Assembly (NCBI GenBank): GCA_037447605.1
Contig: CM074812.1
Span: 2,542,001 to 2,606,000 of the forward strand
DNA from: Zygnema circumcarinatum SAG 698-1b
Taxonomy: Eukaryota > Plantae > Zygnematophyceae
Reading direction: 5' to 3'
Length of the DNA: 64,000 nt
Made by a program: the position numbers and the translations under genes. Position 1 is the first letter of the stretch; every line of letters begins with the position of its first letter. The notes beneath the pieces were generated by a model. The model did not search any database and was not told the origin of the DNA. It saw nothing but the letters and a program-made list of their open reading frames with translations. Below, in pieces: positions 1 through 9,850 of the stretch.

Positions 1-1203
1 CTCGTTGCAAGGGAATGGCCGGAATGAAATTTTCCAAATGATTGAAGCAGGAGGCGTTGTTGGCTTCGCGGCCGAACTTCAAAAACGCTTTGAAGAGGTC
101 TTTTCTCATCGCTTTCTTAACGAGGGCCTTCCAATGGGAGGGCCAACGGAGGCCATGGCGAGGGGTACCGGACCCCGAGGCGTCACAGATGTCCTGAGGG
201 AGGGAGGGAGGGAGGGAGGGAGGGAGGGAGGGAGGGAGGGAGGGAGGAGGGAGGAGGAGGGAGGGAGGGAGGGAGGGAGGGAGGAGGAGGGAGGGAGGGA
301 GGAGGGAGGGAGGAGGGAGGGAGGAGGTGAGGGAGGGAGGGAGGAGGGAGGGAGGGAGTGGAGGGAGGGAGGAGGGAGGGAGGGAGGGAGGGAGGGAGGG
401 AGGGGAGGGAGGAGAGAGGGAGGGAGGAGGGAGGGAGGGAGGGAGGGAGTGGAGGGAGGGGTGGAGGAGGGAGGGGAGGGAGGGAGGAGGGAGGGAGGGG
501 AGGGAGGGAGGGAGGGAGGGAGGGGAGGGAGGAGGGAGGGGAGGGAGGGGAGGGAGGGGAGAGAGGGAGGGAGGGAGGGAGGGAGGGAGTGGAGGGAGGG
601 AGGGAGGGAGGGAGGGGGGGAGGGAAGGAAAAGCACTTAAGAAATAATCCTAAAAGCCCTAAGAACACCGAAAATTTCCCAAAAAGTACTGTCATTCTTA
701 ACGTTGAAATTTCTCAACATAGTCTCGGAAGGCGGAATTTTTTTCTTCCACAAAAGCAAAGAAATCTCACTTCGGTTTTCTCTTTTAAACTCACCGTCAT
801 GCCAAAAAATTCCATCGAAATCTCGCTTAGTACAGTTTGATTCCTTTCTCTCACACATGGCCAGCAATAGGCTCCGTCTTGAGCAGAGGGAGAGCCAATA
901 GGAGCTACTCGTCCAGAGGTGGTCCTGTCAGTACAACATAAGAAGAAAAATATTACAAAAAATAAATAAAGAAGTTGAAACAACGAATAACGAAACATTT
1001 TTCAATATGAAGGCATTTCCTTGATTATGAGGAAAAACATAAGCACTTGAAGAAAACAGTAAAAAGGAAGAAACGGAAATAACTTTTATTAACCTTACCT
1101 TTAGTCTTAAATGGTGCTTGGTCAAATTTCCTTCATCTCTTTCCCTTCCTTCTCTCCTCCCTCCCTCTCTTTCCGCCCGTCCTCACTCCCTCACTCCCTC
1201 GCT

Positions 1204-1247
<44 letters not shown>

Positions 1248-2290
1248 TCACTCTCTCTCTCTACCTTAATCCATTTATATCTCCGCAAAGTTAATACGAA
1301 AACTGAGTATGAATCCGTCGTCCAAATACGAGAAATGAAAGATATGCAGAAAGAGATAGAGAGAGAGAGGGGGGAAAGAAGAGAGAGAGAGATGAGGGGG
1401 AGAGGGAGTGTGAAAGAAGAGAGAGATATGAGGAGAGAGAGATAGGGAGGGAGAAACGATAGAGGGAGAAAAGAGAGAGAGGGAGAGCGAGGGGGAGCGA
1501 GAAGAGAAAGAGAGAGAGAAAAAGTGTTGTTGACTATAAATATGGCTTTCAATTATGGTAAGAATGTCGATATTAAGTTTCGTACGCAATAATAATGTTC
1601 ATATTGACTCCCATTGACTCATATTGACTTCCATTGACCCATATTGACTTCCATTGACCCATATTGACTTCCATTGACTCATATTGACTTCCATGGACTC
1701 ATATTGACTTCCATGGACTCATACTGACTTCCATTGCTTCGTATTGACCTCCATTGACTCATATTGACTTCCATTGACTCATATTGACTTCCATCGACTC
1801 ATATTGACTTCCATTAACTCATATTGACTTCCATTGACTCATATTGACTTCCATTGACTCATATTGACTTCCATTGACACATATTGACTTCCATTGACTC
1901 ATATTGACTTCCATTGACTCATATTGACTTCCATTGACTCATATTGACTTCCATTGACTCATATTGACTTCCATTGACTCATATTGACTTCCATTGACTC
2001 ATATTGACTTCCATTGACTCATATTGACTTCCATTGACTCATATTGACTTCCATTGACTCATATTGACTTCCATTGACTCATATTCTAACTCCTTCTGTC
2101 CTGCAGAAGCAACTCACGTTGTCGGTGGATATGGGAAACAGCGCCGCGTCAAAACACAAAACGGAAAATGGCGTCGCCGCACGTGCGGCAAAATGCCATG
2201 ATTTTCCAACTCTGTCTAAATATCTCACCCCGCCAACACCACAAAAGAGCAAGCATCTTTAGCTCTGAGAGGGAATAAATCCTCCCAAGA

Positions 2291-2368
<78 letters not shown>

Positions 2369-4191
2369 GCGAGAGAGAGAGAGATACAATTCATGCTTCT
2401 CATGTCTCACACTTTGCGTATTCCTTCACTCACCCTCTCCTTTCCTCCCCTCTCACCCTTCGCTTCTTTTTCTCCCTCCCTCCCTCTCTCCTCTCTGTCT
2501 CCCATTATGACTTCCGTCCTCTCCCGCTAAAATCTAAAAAAACCCTAAAACCCTAAACCCCACAACCACTAAACCCCTAAAACCCCTAAAACTCCTGAAA
2601 CCCTAAAAAATCTAAAATCCCTAAAACCCCTGAAACGCTAAAAACTCTAAACCCCTAAAACCCCTTAAACACTAAAAACTAAAACCCCTAAAACCCCTGA
2701 AACCCTAAAAAATCAAAACCTCTAAAACCCCTAAACCCCTAAAACCCCTAGAACTCCTGAAACCCTAAAAACTCTAAACCCCCTAAAACCCCTGAAACCC
2801 TAAAAACTCTAAACCCCTAAAACCCCTTAAACCCCTAAAACCCTAAAAACTCTAAACCCCTAAAACCCCTAAAACCCCTAAAAACTCTAAACCCCTAAAA
2901 CCCCTAAAACCCTAAAAACCCTAAAAGCCCCATAGCAGTTACAGGGTTGCAAACCTCACCCGGAATTTCTGCTCCGACGTTTGTTCGAGCTGATCTCGCC
3001 AGTTCAGTTCGGGGATCGACGAGAGGCCTCCGAGCGATGCAAAGGTCATATCGCGACTCCCCAAAGTGAAGCGATCGTTTATGCCCCACCAATCGCTTCC
3101 TGTGAACGCGACTTACTCAAACAAATATTAGGGTTTCCAGGATGTTCAGGGATATTAGGGGAGAAGAAGGAGAGAGAAAGAGCGAGAGAGAGGGAGCAAG
3201 AGGGGGAGAGAGGGGGGGAGAGAGAGGAGAGAGGGGGGAGAGAGGGAGAGAGAGAGGGAGACAGAGGGAGAGAGAGAGAGGGAAAGAGAGAGACGGAGAG
3301 AGGAGGGAGAGAGAGGGAGAGGGAGAGAAGGGGGAGAGAAAGGGAGAAAGAGAGGGAGAGAGAGCGGGAGAGAGAGAGAGGGAGGGAGGGAGAGGGGGAG
3401 AGAGGGAGGAAGAGAGATGAAGAGAGAGAGGGGGAGAAAGAGAAAAAAGGAGAGAGGGAGAGAAAGGGAGGAAGAGAGAGAAAGAGATAGAGGGGGAGAG
3501 AGAGAGAGGGAGGGAGAGGGAGAGAGGGAGGAAGCGAGGAAGGGAGAGAGAGGGAGGGAGAGAGACCTGGCGGAATGTAAAAATGCCTCAGTTTGAACGT
3601 GGAAAGCGGCTCCGGCGACTCCTTCCACAACGTGTCCGGCCTCGTTCTCAAAACCCACTTGTACTCAAACCCGTGCAGCTTCTCATACTTCATTATCAGA
3701 GTCTTGCAATGTTCAAGCAGAACAAGGTACTTGAGCAGGCCCTGCCGCCCGTCTAAAGACGCGGCTTCATGTATCACTCGGCTTATTGCAGGCGTGATCT
3801 TCACATCGACCTGCTCTGCAATGTGGGCCGCCACGACATTGCTTCGGTTCAAGAAATATATCTTCCAGGCATTCTCGTCTAAGGGAGTTACTATGAAGAT
3901 ATCGGGAGGAGGAGCGTCCCAGTGGGAGAGAAGGTAGGCTGAGAGGGAGGGGGCTGTGAGTTCAAAGGCGCGGAGTCCGCCCGCGAGGCAGATGGCGAGG
4001 GAGGGAGAGGGAGAGGGAGAGGCAATGGTGGTAGAGAGGGAGGAGAGGGAAAGGGAGAGGAAGAGGGTGAGGAATAGGGAGAGGGAGAGGGGGAGGGGGG
4101 GGCGGAGGGGGAGGCGGAGGGGGAGGGGGAGGGGGATGGGGATGGGGAGGGAGGGAGAGGGAGATGGAGAGGTAGAGAGGCGAGAAGCCAT
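1..4191 (-). CDS. Conserved uncharacterised plant protein (DUF7796-like, probable type II membrane protein); 3' end lies beyond the left edge
   Basis: Phase-consistent GT-AG exons 4191-3567, 3099-2960, 2215-2118, 924-795, 193-<1. They translate to LAICLAGGLRAFELTAPS...YKWVLRTRPDTLW...YIPPG|SDWWGINDRFTLG...|TELENHGILPHVRRRHFPFCVLTRR...|GAYCWPC...|DICDASG...WPSHWKALV. This follows, in order, the land-plant family remembered as RIAVCLVGGARRFELTGPS...WIVRTRVDGYW...PPGS.YGGLNDR...PFC...CRPC...LCDA.GEWE. The family name is from recall, not a database search. The start could be ATG 4191 or 4296. Confidence 0.8.
1601..2085. repeat. 20-bp minisatellite (ATATTGACTTCCATTGACTC)n, about 24 copies, intronic
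   Basis: Directly visible near-perfect 20-bp period made of two related 10-mers; lies in the intron between exons 2215-2118 and 924-795. Confidence 0.97.
2535..2930. repeat. Degenerate telomere-type array (AAACCCT / AAAACCCCT variants), intronic
   Basis: Visible CCCTAAA(A) repeats ending about 30 nt from the donor at 2959. Confidence 0.9.
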
Positions 4192-4589
4192 GGACGGGGC
4201 TCGAGGAGGAGAGTGGCAAGGGCGATTTGGTGTTGTTCGAAGCAGTAGGTTTACGGGGAAGCTCGTAGGCTGCAAGATTCGATCGTGTTTGTACATCTTT
4301 GTGTACGAATTTGTAATTGTTTTTCGTAAATTGTTTTGAAGTGATTTCCTGAGAACGAGAACCAATCAAACTAATTACACGTGTACAACCCTGGGAATTC
4401 AAGTTGTTATCGTTTATAACTGGAACCGTCAAACGGTAACGACAATGGTCCTCGGTCGGATGCGATATATTGTATCGTATCGGGATATAACGACGATGTA
4501 TCATATCGCACAAACGATATTTCCGATATTTAGCGATTATCGTGAGCTCGCCCAGTCGTGAACGGAGGTGCAGTCCAGTCTGTCCTGTT

Positions 4590-4660
4590 GTGCCACGTGG
4601 ATCCACTCATGAACTGCCACGTGTAGCAGTTGTCGACGTGGTTGCCTGTGATTGGCTGTG
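4590..4660. promoter_or_regulatory. Divergent promoter region (gene 1 / APC2) with two G-boxes and a CCAAT-N9-CCACG (ERSE-type) element
   Basis: CACGTG at 4594-4599 and 4618-4623; CGTGG-ttgcctgtg-ATTGG at 4637-4655 (minus-strand CCAAT-N9-CCACG). Lies between head-to-head starts at 4191 and 5163. Confidence 0.6.
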
Positions 4661-4973
4661 GTCATTGCAGGTCCCTTTTCTTGAAGAAGCCTTCTCTTGG
4701 CAAGGGCAAGGTACAGCTGCGTGAATATTTTATATCAAACAGAAAAAAAGTTTCAACGGAAAAAAAAAATATATTTGACCTGTCCGGGGGCAGGGGCAGG
4801 GGCAGGCTCCAAAATTGGAAAAAAAAATTATTCTAATTTTACAGAAAATGTCTCTTCCTGTTCCTGAAATTTGTTTTTTTAGCTTTTTTTCTAATAACTA
4901 TCGTTACCTCTCTCTACTTAATCCATTTCTGATGCTTTATTAGAGAAAAGGAACATGTAGAGAGAGAGTGGGC

Positions 4974-5006
<33 letters not shown>

Positions 5007-5162
5007 GGTGGGGAGGGAGGAAAGAGAGTGAGAGAGAGAGGGGGGGAGAGAGAGGAGAGGGATAGAGAGAGGGAGAGTGAGAGAGAGAGGCGGGGAGAGA
5101 GAGGAGAGAGAGAGAGAGATCCCTCTCACCCTTTTTCATATATCAAATAAATATTTTCAATC

Positions 5163-8100
5163 ATGGCCCCCCTCCCCGACCCCGCCACTCTCGAAGCCCT
5201 CTCCTCCGCGTGGACATTTTACGAATTATTTTTAAATTCGAGCGTGCCCAAAAGTTCGGATCACATTGAAACTGCTCCGTTGACAAATCCATGGAACGCA
5301 AATTCGTCAAATTTCGACACGGAAAGCCCTCAGTTTCAGTTCCAGTTTCAGTTACAGTTTCAGGAGAGCGTCCGAGTTCTATGCAATCACGGAATGCGCC
5401 AAATGCTTCCCAACCACCTTCTCACCAATCTGGAGGTGGGTTTCTGGGTTTTAGGGTTTAGGGTTTTAGGGTTTCTGGGTTTCTGGGTTTTAGGGTTTCT
5501 GGGAAACTGGGTTTCTGGGTTTTAGGGGTTTCTGGGATTTAGGGTTTTAGGGTTTCTGCGTTTCTGGGTTCTAGGGTTTCTGGGTTTTAGGGTTTGTGGG
5601 TTTTAGGGTTTTCTGGGTTTTAGGGGTTCTGGGTTGTGGCTTGTGGGTTTTGGTGTGCATAATTTAGGGTTCAGAGCTTAGAAGGGTTTAGGGTTTAGAG
5701 TTTAGAACTTAGAGCTGAGGGTTTAGGGTTTGGGGTATAGGGGTTAGGGTTTAGGGTTAATCTGGGTTTACAGTGTATAGTTTAGGGTTTAGGGGTTAGG
5801 GGTAAGGCTTTAGGGTTTAGGTTGTAGGGTATAGGGTGTAGGGTGTAGTGTATAGCGTAAGGGTTTAGGGTTTAGAGTTAGGTTATAGGGTTGAGAGTTT
5901 AGGGTTTCGGGTTTAGGGTTTTAAATGATGATGATGGTTTTAAATGGGTTCTCCTTTCCTCACCTCATCTCTCTCGTCTTCTCTCCCCCTCTCCCTCGCC
6001 TCCCTCTCGCCTCCTTGCCCACGTTCTCTTCCCCTTTCCACTTTTCTCCCTCGTGAGCTCTCTCATGTGCACTTTCCCTCTCTGTCTTGACCTCATCCCT
6101 TTTCATCCACTCCTCGACCCCGCCCCTCTCTCGCTCTCCCACTCCCTCCCTCCATTCTATCTTCCCCCTCCCTCTCTTTTTCTCCTCACTCTCCCACCCT
6201 CTCCGTCTCCCTTCCCCCTCTCTTCTTTCGCTATCTTTAACCCTCCCTCCCTCCCTCCCTCCCTCCCNNNNNNNNNNCTCCCTCCCTCCTGCAGAGGCTC
6301 TTTGTGGAGCACAGCATGCCTCAGTTTTGGCATCACTTCGACCCTCTTTGGAGCACTCGCGGCGAATGGGACCCCTCTACTGTAACAAACTCCTCCTTTT
6401 CTTTCCACATTCTTTCTATTAACAGCGATTATTTCATTGTCTAATCCAACCTTCTTTAGTCTGTTTGAAGCTCAATCCCACAACCCTACCGACCACAAAT
6501 TCCTTATGATGTTAAATAAGACTCTAAACAAACAACACACCTTCAAAGTCCCATCTGTTTATATCACACATTTTTTTTTTATTTTTTTTTCTTACCTTGT
6601 AATCAGGTAGAAAGCCGCCTCTCCGCCGCCCTCTCGGGGGCGCAGGCGGCGGTGGAAGCACAGGAGAGCATCCTCTCTCTGCTGCAGACCGCCCTCAGAG
6701 GAGAGCCAGGTAGGGGCCTAGGGACCTAGGGAGCTAGGTTTGGGCTAGGGGGGCCAGGGAGCCAGGGGGGCCAGGGGGGCCAGGGGCCAGGGGCCAGGGG
6801 GGCCAGGGGGGCCAGGGGCCAGGGGCCAGGGGCCAGGGGCCATAGGGGCCAGGGGGCTAGGGGCTAGGGGCCAGGGCGGGCCGTGCGGCAGCCAGGGGCC
6901 AGGAGGAGTAGGGGAGTAGGGGGCTAGGAGGGTGGGGAGGGGTCTAGGGGGGGTAGCGTAGGGGAGTAGGGGCGTAGGGGGCTAGGGGGGTAAGGTTTAG
7001 GGTTTAAGGTAGGCAGTAGGGTGGTAGGATGGATCAGGGTTTAGAGTTCAGGGTTTAGGTTGAAGGGTTCGTTCAGGGTTTAGGTCTAGGATTTTAAGGT
7101 TTAGTGTCGAGGGCTGAAATTGAGGGGGTGTAGGGTTCAGGAGCAGGACCCCAAAGGTTGTCGGTTTGTGCATATACTTGAAGAGTTGAAGTGATTTTGA
7201 GGGTTTTGCGATTTTAGGGTTTTAGGGTTTTAGGGTTTGGGGGCGCAGGAAGCGGAGAGGAGGCGAGGGAGGGCTGGGCTGCCACGTGTCGCCACGCTAT
7301 TAGTGCGCGCATTCTAAATGATGTTCCCCAGGATTTTTCAGGTATTCTTCTGTTCTCTTTTTATAAATGTATTTTTTCGTTTTCCTTTTTTTCCCAGGTA
7401 TTTGTTCATTTATTCGTTTTCGTTTGTTTATTTCCTTTTTTGTTTAAGGTTTCAAGGTTTGCTTAGATTCTCGGCTTTTCGAGTTGTGGCTGTTTTAGGG
7501 TTTGCGACTTTTGGCGACTTCTCTCTCTTCCCCCTCTCTCCCTCTCTCTCTTTCCCTCTTTCCCTCCCTCCTTTCTCTCCCATTCTCTCTCTATTTCCCT
7601 CTCATTCTCCGTCTCTCTCTCTCTCCCTCTCTCTCCCGCTCTCACTTTCGCTCTCTCTCTCTCTCCCTCTCTCCCTCCCTCCGCTCTCTCTCTTTCTCTC
7701 TCTATTTCCCTCGCATTCTCCGTCTCCCCCTCTCTCTCCCTCCCTCCCTCTCTCCCACTCTCTGAGCTCATAGTAGCTTTTTGCAAAACCCTAACATTTC
7801 CAGAAACCCTAATTCTAATCCCTAAAAACCCTCGAAACCCTAAATCTTATAACCCTAATGACCCTAAACCCTAATTCTAAACTCTAAAGCCAATCCCTTG
7901 AAAGCCTATACTCTAACCCCTAACAACCCTAGACACCATAGAAACCCAGAGAGAGATTGAGAGAGAGGAGAGAGAGAGGGAGAGAGAGAGAGAGCGGAGA
8001 GAGAGGAGAGAGGAGAGAGAGAAAAGGATCCACAAAACACTATTTTTTTTTATCTGAAAATAAAATTTGAACCCTAAAATGGCATTCGGCAGATGTTTTG

Positions 8101-9814
8101 CGATTTTATTTTCGCACTCGATTGAAGGAATTCGGTCGAGCAGTGAGAGCTCAGCGGCGGCGGAATCGGAGTTCTTCTGGAGGGAGTGAGGAGGGGGAGG
8201 GAGAGGACAGTGAGGGAGAGGAGGGGGACGACGAAGTGGGAGAGCGAGAGGGAGAGAGAGAGGGAGAGGGAGAGGGAGAGGGAGAGGGAGAGGGAGAGGG
8301 AGAGGGAGAGGGAGAGGGAGAGGGAGAGGGAGAGGGAGAGGAGAGGGAGAGGGAGAGGGAGAGGGAGAGGGAGAGGAGAGGGAGAGGGAGAGGGAGAGGG
8401 AGAGGGAGAGAAAGGGGGAGAGGGAGAGGGAAAGCGAGAGGGAGAGGGAGAGGGAGAAGAGAGAAGAGAGAGTGAGGGAGAAGCAGACCGTTTGAGTGAA
8501 GAGGAGGAGGAGGAGGGAGGGAGAGAGAGGGTGGATGAAATTGAAGACATTGATGAAGGAGAAGGAGAGGATATGGAGGAAGATGGGGTCGACGAATCGG
8601 ATCGCGACACGTGGCAGTGTGAGCGGAAGGACAGCGGAAACCACGAAACTTTGATGGATGTGAACGGGGGATCGGGGGAGTGGGAGAAGGGAGCAAAAGG
8701 GTATGGAGGGAGAGGTAGTGGTCAGGGAGGGAGGGAGAGAGAGAGAGAGGGAGCGAGGGAGAGAGGGGGAGACGGAGAGGACCCAAATGGACCAATGGGA
8801 GTGATGGGAAAGGAGTGGGTCACTCGATTGGCTGAAATTGCGCGAATGTTGCGATTGGTGGGACTTGAACCGCTGAGCGAAGAGGCGTATACTTCCGTCA
8901 TCTATTCGGAGTTAAGGGTGAGAGAGAGGGAGAGAGAGTGAGAGAGAGAGAGAGAGAGAGGGAGAGGGGAAGTGAGAGAGCGAGAGGGAGAGAGAGAGCG
9001 AGAGGGGGAGAGAGAATGGGAGAGAGAGTGAGGCGAGAGAGAGAGGGGAGAGAGTGAGAGAGAGAGAGAGAGAATGAGAGGGAGAGGGGAAGTGAAGGAG
9101 GGAGAAGGAGAGAGAGGGGGGAGAGAGAGAGACGCGAGAGAGTGAGGGGAGACAGTGAGAGAGGGAGAGAAGGGAGAGGGAGAGGGGAAGTGAAGAAGCG
9201 AGAGGGAGAGAGAGAGCGGGGGGAGAGAGAGTGACGAGAGAGAGGGGAGAGTGAGAGAGGAGGGGGAGAGAGGGAGAGGGGAGGAGGGTGGGAGAGAGAG
9301 AGAGAGAGTGGGTGGGTGATAGTTATGCTTATACTATATGACATCCATCGGCACAAGAGCATAGCATATGCACAGGGCATATATATAGGATAAGTATAGC
9401 ATATACATGACAAATGTATAGCATTTTCTTTAGTAAATTATAATATAATAGTACTATAATAATAATAATATCAGTTAACAGATAATAGTATAATAGTACG
9501 AATGAAGGATATACTTGTAGAACATTCATTGCATATCGATAAAAATTATAAAGCATGTTCAAGGAGTATACAAGGCACTCATCACTAACCCTAAAAACTC
9601 TAAAAACCCTAAAAACTCTACAAACCCCAAAACCCTAAAAACCCTAAAGACTATTGCTAACCATTCCTATGTTTGGTTAACCATAGCAGAATGTTGGGAT
9701 TCTTGGTTACTAAAGGTCTTATTGACGATTGGGTTTTTGGAGGCAGGCAATGATTGTGAAACTCAGTAAGCAGTACGAGAGGGAGGCTCTGCCCACTGTG
9801 CGGCGCTGGGTACA

Positions 9815-9850
<36 letters not shown>

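Noticed and set aside
2074-2262. Plus-strand ORF with DFPTLSKYLTP, faintly like a phosphagen kinase N-terminus
   Set aside because: It is the antisense of a phase-consistent exon of gene 1 (2215-2118), and no other kinase exons are present.
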